NCBI GenBank assembly: GCA_041494705.1
Contig: JBGQBI010000003.1
Span: forward strand, 1 to 32,000
DNA length: 32,000 nt
Reading direction: 5' to 3'
From: Candidatus Methanoperedens sp.
GTDB taxonomy: Archaea > Halobacteriota > Methanosarcinia > Methanosarcinales > Methanoperedenaceae
Position 1 is the stretch's first letter. Each line of letters begins with the position of its first letter. The translations under genes and the position numbers were made by a program. The notes beneath the pieces are model-generated. The model was not told the DNA's origin and ran no database searches. It saw nothing but the letters and a program-made list of their open reading frames with translations. Positions 25,163 to 32,000 of this stretch are shown one piece after another.

Positions 25163-26398
25163 ATGGAAATACTCGCAGACATCGGAGGACGCCCAGGGCA
25201 TGATTGCCGCGGTTTTTGCAGGTACTGTTATTTCAGGGGAGTAAAGGAAGTCCCGGCTTTTGGATGCAAGCACTGCCCCCCCTTCCAGAAAGGATGCAAT
25301 TACTGCACCAAAAATGTAAAAGAGGGCTATTCGAGCTTTAAACCGTTTTCCATGGTGGCCCAGGAAGTCCAGCAGGCAGTTTTTTTCAACAAAAATGTAT
25401 CAAAATTCAACGTAAGCGGCGGAGGGGATGTGAGCTGCTATCCTGAACTCAAATCGCTTGTGAAATTCCTCTCGCAATTTAAAAAGCCGGTACATCTTGG
25501 CTATACAAGCGGGAAAGGGCTGAATAAAGAAGATGCGCTGTTCTTCATCAACCACGGCGTAAAAGAAGTTACGTTCACTGTTTTTGCAACCGACCCTGAA
25601 CTTCGGCGAACATACATGAACGACAGGACAGCCGAGGATTCACTTGAAGCACTTCGTACCTTTGCGCAGCATATCGATGTATATGCCGCTTCAGTGCTCA
25701 TTCCAAGCGTAAATGATGGCGCTGTTCTTTTAAAAACCTGCGCAGACCTTGAGGAAATGGGCGTAAAAGGTCTCATCCTGATGCGGTTTGCCAATGCCGT
25801 TGAGCAGGGCTTGATCCTGAATAACGCCCCGGTGATAGAAGGGGTAATCCCTCATACGCTTTCCGAATTCAAGGCAATCGTTGATAATATAAACGATAAG
25901 TTCAAATTCCGCGTAACGGGAACGCCCCTTTACGACCCTGAAACTGGCTCGCCGTTTGCTATTAGGAATGAACCCGAAGCGCTTTTGAAACTGCCCAGGC
26001 TCACAAAAGAGGCTACAATAATAACAAGCGAAGTCGCTGCTCCGTTTCTGGAAGACATTTTCGGCAAGCTGAGTGGGCTGGTAAATATAGTGCCTGTAAA
26101 AAAAGACGTTGGCTGCCTGATTACTATTGAAGATGTAAAAGCTCTTGACCTGTCCCAAATAAAGGAGACTGTTTTATTCCCAGGGAGGGCGTTTGTCCAT
26201 GACCCTGAGATTAAGAAAGTATTGACGGGCGACGGCGTGGATAGATTGGTGCGCAGGGGCCCTGATATGCTAACGGTTGATGGGGAGATGAGCATTTCGA
26301 TGACGAAGGATGAGGTTATTGCTAAGGAGACAGAGGCTTTTACTGAATTGATACAGATGATAAATGTGCTGGGAACGGCGCCTAAAAAACAGCTTTAA
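25163..26398 (+). CDS. mmp10: Methanogenesis marker protein 10 (Mmp10), B12-dependent radical SAM McrA arginine C-methyltransferase
   Basis: N-terminus [20 protein letters not shown] (CX3CX2C), then [52 protein letters not shown], and [16 protein letters not shown]. 411 aa, next to mcr as in Methanosarcina. Confidence 0.85.
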   Translation: MEILADIGGRPGHDCRGFCRYCYFRGVKEVPAFGCKHCPPFQKGCNYCTKNVKEGYSSFKPFSMVAQEVQQAVFFNKNVSKFNVSGGGDVSCYPELKSLVKFLSQFKKPVHLGYTSGKGLNKEDALFFINHGVKEVTFTVFATDPELRRTYMNDRTAEDSLEALRTFAQHIDVYAASVLIPSVNDGAVLLKTCADLEEMGVKGLILMRFANAVEQGLILNNAPVIEGVIPHTLSEFKAIVDNINDKFKFRVTGTPLYDPETGSPFAIRNEPEALLKLPRLTKEATIITSEVAAPFLEDIFGKLSGLVNIVPVKKDVGCLITIEDVKALDLSQIKETVLFPGRAFVHDPEIKKVLTGDGVDRLVRRGPDMLTVDGEMSISMTKDEVIAKETEAFTELIQMINVLGTAPKKQL

Positions 26399-26835
26399 TC
26401 TTTTTTATCCTTCTCCTCAGGAATCCCGCACACTTCGCATTCGTCTTTAACCTCAGAATCCATCGCCCGTGTGCCCTCGGCAAGGACGGCGGCATTGGAC
26501 AACGACCCCGCAATTAATATGGCATCGAAAATTTCCTCTTTTGTGATACCGAGGCGCTGCGCCACGCGGATATGCAGCTTGAGGCAGTGCTCGCACCGCA
26601 GTGCTGCAGCCACGCCTATTGATATAAGCTCTACCGTTTTCGCATCGAGGCGCTTAAATTCCCTGACTATGGCATTCTCATAGATAACCTTGGCAACAAG
26701 CAGCTCAGGCGACTGTTTCATGAAATTCAGGATATACGGTACTTCCCCGTAAACTTTTTCAACCTCTTTCAATAATTCCTCAGCTGCCTCATCCGGCTCT
26801 TTTTTCAGGATTTTTTCAATCTTTTGCAATTCCAT
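26395..26835 (-). CDS. Carboxymuconolactone decarboxylase / AhpD-like family protein
   Basis: [16 protein letters not shown] context within an all-helical 146-aa protein. Confidence 0.7.
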   Translation of the reverse strand: MELQKIEKILKKEPDEAAEELLKEVEKVYGEVPYILNFMKQSPELLVAKVIYENAIVREFKRLDAKTVELISIGVAAALRCEHCLKLHIRVAQRLGITKEEIFDAILIAGSLSNAAVLAEGTRAMDSEVKDECEVCGIPEEKDKKD

Positions 26836-26901
26836 GTTTCTAATAAAACGATTTCATTCCTATACTAAATAAACATTTGTATTTTTGCCATAAAAAATGG
26901 A

Positions 26902-27672
26902 TTAGTCCTGTTCAATTCTTTCCCCGAAAGCAAAATTGGGTTTGATAAAACGGATTCTTATCTTAAGTTTCTCGCCTTTTTTTGCGTTATTTATAAATAC
27001 AACAAAATCATTAATTTTGGCTATCCCGTCCCCATTGGCTCCTATGTTCTCAATGGTAACTGTATATTCCTCACCTATTTTTACCGCCCCTGAAAGCAAT
27101 TCCCTTCCGATAACATATATCTCGGCGCTCTGTTTTCGGGAAGCCTCCGGAGAAAATGCTTTCACTTTCACAAAACTCTGCCGTACCTTATCCAGGAAAT
27201 CGGGAAATAAATCCCCCTGGAATACTTTCACTGCAAATTTTCCTCCGGGCTTTAATATTTTTCTTGCACATTCAAGAGCAGAAGTAGCAAGGTCAATGGA
27301 ACGGGCATGGTCGTAGCTCCAGTTGCCCGTGAGATTGGGAGCAGCGTCGCAGATAACCGCATCAGCGCCTTCTTTTTTAATTTTATCCCTGATTTTTTCA
27401 ACAGTCCCATCAAGCCGGATATCCCCCTTTATTGTTTCCACACCTTCCATCTTCTCGATCGGGAGTATATCCACACCAACAATTTTTCCTCCCGAGAGTT
27501 CCTTTGCGACCTGAAGCCAGCCCCCCGGAGCGGCGCCGAGGTCAACTACGGCATCCCCTTTCGTAATAATTTTAAATTTTTCATTTATTTGTTTCAGTTT
27601 AAAAGCGGCTCTGGAACGATAGCCTTCGTCCTTGGCTTTCTTATAGAAATAATCCCTTCTATCACGAGGCAT
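26902..27672 (-). CDS. rlmE: 23S rRNA 2'-O-ribose methyltransferase RlmE (FtsJ) with C-terminal TRAM domain
   Basis: YRSRAAFKLKQINEKF, VVDLGAAPGGWLQVA, VICDAAPN. C-terminal TRAM-like YTVTIENIGANGDGIAKINDFVVFINNAKKGEKLKIRI. Confidence 0.9.
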   Translation of the reverse strand: MPRDRRDYFYKKAKDEGYRSRAAFKLKQINEKFKIITKGDAVVDLGAAPGGWLQVAKELSGGKIVGVDILPIEKMEGVETIKGDIRLDGTVEKIRDKIKKEGADAVICDAAPNLTGNWSYDHARSIDLATSALECARKILKPGGKFAVKVFQGDLFPDFLDKVRQSFVKVKAFSPEASRKQSAEIYVIGRELLSGAVKIGEEYTVTIENIGANGDGIAKINDFVVFINNAKKGEKLKIRIRFIKPNFAFGERIEQD

Positions 27673-27697
27673 AAGTCTTAGTCCCCATTCCCAGTAT

Positions 27698-28648
27698 TTA
27701 AATACGGGGTCTTACAGGGTCTTTATTTCCTATATACACCCACTGGTCATAAATTCCTTTTTCATCGGTATTGTCGATCAGCTTCCCTGTAATGCCATTT
27801 TTCTCAAGTGCGCTTTTTAAAATATCTATTTCTTCCCGTTTATTTACTGTCAGCATGATAAATCCACCAGGTTTCAGAACCTTTACCGATTCATCCATCA
27901 TTTTTTCCCATATACTTTTGTTAAAAGGATATATTGTGCCCAGCATAAAACCGACTATGGTATCAAATTCATTTTCTGCAAAGAAAAGAGAAAGCCTCGT
28001 TGCATCAAGAACAATCGTCCTCTTTGGGTCAAGAACATGATGCTCAAGCCCCTGGCATATCTGGCATTTATCATAATCTGTCGCCAGGGGATTGTATCCC
28101 ATTTTATGAAGGGGCAGGGTTGACATACCGTTCCCGCAGCATATTTCAAGTATATCCCCGTTGAGTTTATATTTATCCAGTAATCCTTCCAGTCTGGCAT
28201 TGCGGCTTTCGATATAAACCATTTCATAGGGTTCTTTTGAAATATGGCAATTTTCACATAACCGCCTGTTTACAAGTTCGATGGAATAATATTCTATGAT
28301 TGCATTATTGAATTCTGTGGCATTGGTATTGTATAATTTATTAAATTTTAAATTCTTTACGATACCGGAAAATCTCCTGCTGCTCTCATTGGGCGCAGGC
28401 TTTGAAGAAATGAGGTTTGTGAAAACAGCCTGGAACTCTTCTGTCTCTTCAGTTTCTGGATTAAAAAGAACCAAACCTATAATGTTATTGTTTTCATCCT
28501 TAATCCCGCTAATCAAAGCTTGCGGGTCTTTCCGGATGTTCTCCAGATATTGCAGGGATAACGTATTGTTCTTTAAGGATGCGTAACTTTCTTCAACAAA
28601 ATATATTTTATCCTTCGCAGGAAGACCCAGAATATCATGAATCAGCAT
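27698..28648 (-). CDS. Two-domain class I SAM-dependent methyltransferase, substrate unknown
   Basis: C-terminal half DILEICCGNGMSTLPL...ATDYD...LKPGGFIMLTV (Rossmann motifs I and post-I). The N-terminal ~150 aa are unassigned. Confidence 0.7.
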   Translation of the reverse strand: MLIHDILGLPAKDKIYFVEESYASLKNNTLSLQYLENIRKDPQALISGIKDENNNIIGLVLFNPETEETEEFQAVFTNLISSKPAPNESSRRFSGIVKNLKFNKLYNTNATEFNNAIIEYYSIELVNRRLCENCHISKEPYEMVYIESRNARLEGLLDKYKLNGDILEICCGNGMSTLPLHKMGYNPLATDYDKCQICQGLEHHVLDPKRTIVLDATRLSLFFAENEFDTIVGFMLGTIYPFNKSIWEKMMDESVKVLKPGGFIMLTVNKREEIDILKSALEKNGITGKLIDNTDEKGIYDQWVYIGNKDPVRPRI

Positions 28649-28660
28649 TATCGGATTGGT

Positions 28661-29260
28661 TCAATTCCCTTCATCAGGTTCATCATCGCGATAGCTGTTA
28701 TCGCCAACCATGGCCGCACTGAGGGAATCTATCCCATCAAGCCATTCAGCTACAAGTCCTTCCGGGATATCATCAAGGTCTTTTTCCTTGATTTTCCCGC
28801 CCGCAAGGATGTTTGCTCCGATTTCTGCGATATTTCCAAGCGCAGCGCCCATATTTTCCTCTTTTTCAGCCGCGATGGCGCTTTTAATCAATTTGTTAAG
28901 GGATTTTGTTTTTTCAAACGCTTTCTCTGCATAGCATTCACACGATGCAAAAACACCCATCAATGATAATTGAACGGATTCTATCATCATGTCAATATCC
29001 TCATTAACAGGTTCTATTTTTTTCAGGACTATTTCTTTGATACCTGAAAGATACGCAAGAGCTGATTCTTTGCTAATTACATTCTTGTCGTATTTTGCTA
29101 TTATTTTCAAACATGCAAGAACCACATCATCTTCCATATATACAAAAACAGCGCCTTTTTGCTGGTCATCTATCTTGAAACCGCTTTCAATCACATTATT
29201 TATCCAGTTGTTCCATCTCTCCTGCGTATAGAAGGGAATTACAATTTTTTGTTCTTGCAT
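28661..29260 (-). CDS. Hypothetical acidic helical protein (199 aa)
   Basis: Long ORF packed tightly between the methyltransferase and response regulator genes. I could not confidently recognise a family (possibly an archaeal DUF). Confidence 0.5.
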   Translation of the reverse strand: MQEQKIVIPFYTQERWNNWINNVIESGFKIDDQQKGAVFVYMEDDVVLACLKIIAKYDKNVISKESALAYLSGIKEIVLKKIEPVNEDIDMMIESVQLSLMGVFASCECYAEKAFEKTKSLNKLIKSAIAAEKEENMGAALGNIAEIGANILAGGKIKEKDLDDIPEGLVAEWLDGIDSLSAAMVGDNSYRDDEPDEGN

Positions 29261-29311
29261 GATTTCTCCAATTGTTATGGATAGTACATTAATTTTTGGT
29301 CATTTTTCATT

Positions 29312-29692
29312 TCAGGTGCCTGTCAATTTCTTTACTTTGTTAATTAATTCATTCTTGCCAAAAGGTTTTGTTATATAATCATCGGCTTTTAAAACATGAA
29401 GCCCGAGTAATTTATCTATGTTCTGCGCTTTGGCAGTCAAAATAGCAATGGGAATCGTTGGATATTTCTCTTTGATTTTCCTGAAGACATCCCATCCATC
29501 CATATCCGGCATCATGACATCAAGCAGGACAAGATCCGGTCTTGTTTTCCCAACCTTATCCAGCGCTTCCATCCCATTTGCAGCAAGCACAGTTTCAAAA
29601 CCGCCGCTCTCCAGGACTAATTTAACAAGCTCAAGAGTATCGGGTTCATCGTCAACCACAAGGACTTTTTTAATTGATGCGTTATTATTCAT
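29312..29692 (-). CDS. Single-domain response regulator (CheY-like receiver)
   Basis: VLVVDDEPDT, VLLDVMMPDMDGW, IAILTAK, YITKPF. ATGA overlap with the upstream kinase gene. Confidence 0.9.
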   Translation of the reverse strand: MNNNASIKKVLVVDDEPDTLELVKLVLESGGFETVLAANGMEALDKVGKTRPDLVLLDVMMPDMDGWDVFRKIKEKYPTIPIAILTAKAQNIDKLLGLHVLKADDYITKPFGKNELINKVKKLTGT

Positions 29693-31923
29693 TCTTTCAC
29701 CGATTTTGGCAATAAAATATGAAAGGTACTTCCCCTATTTTTACTTTCCGCCCAGATTCTGCCGCCATGGGCCTCAACAATATTTTTTGAAATCCATAGA
29801 CCCAATCCCGCCCCTTCATATTTTCGCGTGCTGGATGATTCCACCAGGTAAAACTTGTCAAATATCCGAAGAAGATTTTCCTGGGGGATGCCTATTCCGG
29901 TATCGATTACTTTAATGTGTATGTTTTCAGCTTCCTCTTCTGCGGAAATTCTTATCTCGCCTTTTATTGTAAATTTAATAGCATTGTCCAGGATATTCGA
30001 AAATACCTGCAACAGCCTTTCCTTATCGCCATTAATGATAATAGATTCCGGGATATCATTAAATATGGGTATATTTTTTATCGAAGCAACGGTTTTCATA
30101 TCTTCTATGACCTGTGCGGCAAGGTCAAAAAGAGGCACCAACTGGGTTTTAAGCGCAAGGGCCCCGGATTCGATAAGGGGAATATCGAGCAGCGCCCTGA
30201 TTAACTTTGACAACCGTTTTGAATTTCTAAGGATTATCTCCGCCTTGTGCCGCTGTTCTTCAGTCAGATTCCCTTCGAGCATCAATTCCGTGTATCCGAT
30301 AACGGAAGTAAGCGGCGTCCTGAGTTCATGTGATATATTTGAAAGGAAATTGTCCTTCATCCTGAAAAGTTCCTGTAGTTTTGAATATGTGAGTTTAAGT
30401 TCCTCATAAGAATCTTTTAATTCTTCTTCAAGTTTTTTGTGCCCTGATACATCAGTGATGACGGTTATGATTTTTTCGACATTGCCATTTTTATCCTTGA
30501 TTGGTATTTTGCTGGTGTTCGTGTAAATTACTTCATCAAAATATTGTGTTTTTTCTTCGCTCAGTAAAATCTCTCCCGTTTTGATAACATGTTCATATTC
30601 CAGATCGACATGCTTTTCTTTCAGGAAGGGATAAACTTCATAAAGATTTTTGTTTGTTACCAGCTCTTTTTTGATCCTGCCTTTGCCGAGTCTTATCAGT
30701 TCATCATTAACAGCGAGGATATTCATATCTTTATCAACGACATGGATTGCCAGATTGACATTATTCAGAATCTCTTCGTTAAATTCCTTCAAGTACTTGA
30801 TGTTTTTATTAAAAGCAATATTTTCTTCTTCAAGCGCTTTTTGCTGTGTTATATCCCTCAGTACTAAAATTATATTTGTGATATCTTTCTTATCAATAAA
30901 CGGCGATGCGTTTATTTCGAGGATTTTTTTTGTACCGTTGATATTTATCTCATGCATGAATCTCAACGGTTTCTTTGTTTGAAGCAATTTTTTGACAGGG
31001 CATTCTTCTGTCTTGTATTGCGCTTTATCCCCGAAGACCATTTCATGGCACGTTCTTCCCATCACACATTCTTCGTTCAGACCCATTAACTTCAGGAATG
31101 GTTTATTTACCTTTACAATTTCATGATCGCTATTGACAACGAATATCCCGTCATCGATACTGTCAAACAATGTTTCAAGATATTTTTCAGCAGCCTCGGT
31201 TTGTTCTTTTGAAGTTATGATATCCTTGATTTTCTGGTCAAGGTTCAAAGCCATATCATTAAATGTCCGGGCAAGCTCTCCAAGCTCATCGCCGGTGCTT
31301 ATATCTATTTTCTGGTCAAGTACACCCTTATTTATCCTCTTTGCTCCTTCAGTAAGCTTCGATATCGGTTCTGTCAGTCTTTTCCCGGTCAGGTATGAAA
31401 AAATACCTCCGATAACCAGTGCCGATACCGCTAACAGAAGAAGCCTTCTTGAAGCTTCAAGAATCTGCGCCCGTACCCCGTTTTCAGTTAAACCCACATG
31501 AATGTAACCAATATTTCTAAAAACCGGCGCATTAAATTCATGTATGATTCCAGTTTCCGTATCAATTACAGATTCTTTCATGGTTTTAGAGGGTTTTGTC
31601 ATATTTTGAAGAGCTTTTGGGAATCCTTTATCAAAAGTATGCACCAGGACTATCCCCTCGGAATCAGTAAGAAAAATATATTCAACATCGGGATAACTTT
31701 TCTTCACATTGTCAAAAGAATCCCTGATGCTCACCATGTCATTTAAAAGCAATGGATTTGTAACAGTCTGCGCCAGGTTATTAGCCAGTAGAAATCCTTT
31801 ATCACGGAAGTCACCTTCAATTATGCCTCTCTGGATATCCTGGATAACCAGATAAGACCCTGTTATAATCAGGAATATTATAAACATTGTCGAAATAATA
31901 ATCCTGGAGCGTAAGGTTGCCAT
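29689..31923 (-). CDS. Membrane sensor histidine kinase (extracytoplasmic sensor, HAMP, three PAS-like segments, HisKA, HATPase_c)
   Basis: TM helices at residues ~8-27 and ~160-180. HAMP LTEPISKLTEGAKRINKG...LARTFNDMALNL. H-box FLSNISHELRTPLTS. N-box ILDNAIKFT. G-boxes DTGIGI and GAGLGL. Confidence 0.9.
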   Translation of the reverse strand: MATLRSRIIISTMFIIFLIITGSYLVIQDIQRGIIEGDFRDKGFLLANNLAQTVTNPLLLNDMVSIRDSFDNVKKSYPDVEYIFLTDSEGIVLVHTFDKGFPKALQNMTKPSKTMKESVIDTETGIIHEFNAPVFRNIGYIHVGLTENGVRAQILEASRRLLLLAVSALVIGGIFSYLTGKRLTEPISKLTEGAKRINKGVLDQKIDISTGDELGELARTFNDMALNLDQKIKDIITSKEQTEAAEKYLETLFDSIDDGIFVVNSDHEIVKVNKPFLKLMGLNEECVMGRTCHEMVFGDKAQYKTEECPVKKLLQTKKPLRFMHEININGTKKILEINASPFIDKKDITNIILVLRDITQQKALEEENIAFNKNIKYLKEFNEEILNNVNLAIHVVDKDMNILAVNDELIRLGKGRIKKELVTNKNLYEVYPFLKEKHVDLEYEHVIKTGEILLSEEKTQYFDEVIYTNTSKIPIKDKNGNVEKIITVITDVSGHKKLEEELKDSYEELKLTYSKLQELFRMKDNFLSNISHELRTPLTSVIGYTELMLEGNLTEEQRHKAEIILRNSKRLSKLIRALLDIPLIESGALALKTQLVPLFDLAAQVIEDMKTVASIKNIPIFNDIPESIIINGDKERLLQVFSNILDNAIKFTIKGEIRISAEEEAENIHIKVIDTGIGIPQENLLRIFDKFYLVESSSTRKYEGAGLGLWISKNIVEAHGGRIWAESKNRGSTFHILLPKSVKE

Positions 31924-32000
31924 TAGACTTTTTTCCTCATTTCTCTTATGGAATCATAGGCATTATCATTTATATTAACAAATTTATCGATCATGATTTT
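31923..32000 (-). CDS. 3' end of an unidentified upstream gene, truncated by the window edge
   Basis: The - strand frame is open from the window edge (...KIMIDKFVNINDNAYDSIREMRKKV*). Its TAA overlaps the kinase ATG (TAATG). Confidence 0.3.
   Translation of the reverse strand, partial: KIMIDKFVNINDNAYDSIREMRKKV

Noticed and set aside
1-32000. I looked for CRISPR arrays, Borg-style perfect tandem repeats, transposases or integrases, and tRNA/rRNA genes.
   Set aside because: I found none by eye. The only repeats are the arlB paralogues, the two promoter twins and the short dyads already reported. Genes are on mixed strands with ordinary chromosomal content.

Overview
AT-rich archaeal chromosomal window with Methanosarcinales-like proteins (a methanogen or an ANME-2/Methanoperedens-type methanotroph; I cannot tell which from sequence alone). 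There are four blocks. (1) 0.66-13.8 kb is a motility supercluster on the + strand. It holds an atypical receiver protein, then a compact archaellum operon (arlB1-arlB2-arlB3-arlF-arlG-arlH-arlI-arlJ), then a chemotaxis operon (cheY-cheB-cheA-cheR-cheC-cheD). No arlCDE, cheW, cheF or MCP gene is present. (2) 13.8-16.7 kb is a metal-cation cluster: two CDF exporters, an MgtC-family protein and a DUF1805-like protein. (3) 16.9-26.4 kb is the methyl-coenzyme M reductase neighbourhood. It contains mcrB-mcrD-mcrG-mcrA on the - strand with no mcrC, the McrA arginine methyltransferase mmp10 transcribed in the opposite direction just upstream of the operon, and a stand-alone DnaJ-type zinc-finger gene directly after mcrA. 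It also contains a 737-aa B12-binding radical SAM protein with a fused PqqD-like peptide-recognition domain, flanked by small unassigned ORFs. (4) 26.4-32 kb holds housekeeping and signalling genes on the - strand: an AhpD-like protein, rlmE with a TRAM domain, a two-domain SAM methyltransferase, a hypothetical protein, a response regulator and a HAMP/PAS histidine kinase. The best candidate for something undescribed is the radical SAM-RRE, small-ORF and zinc-finger module beside mcr, a possible extra MCR or peptide maturation system. Also notable are a ~30-nt promoter architecture shared at identical spacing by the arl and che operons, a dense train of perfect dyads at the 5' edge of the window, and a Q-to-M change inside the highly conserved GGVGFTQYATA motif of McrA. 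No rRNA, tRNA, CRISPR array or mobile element was recognised. All family assignments rest on motif recognition by eye, not on searches.
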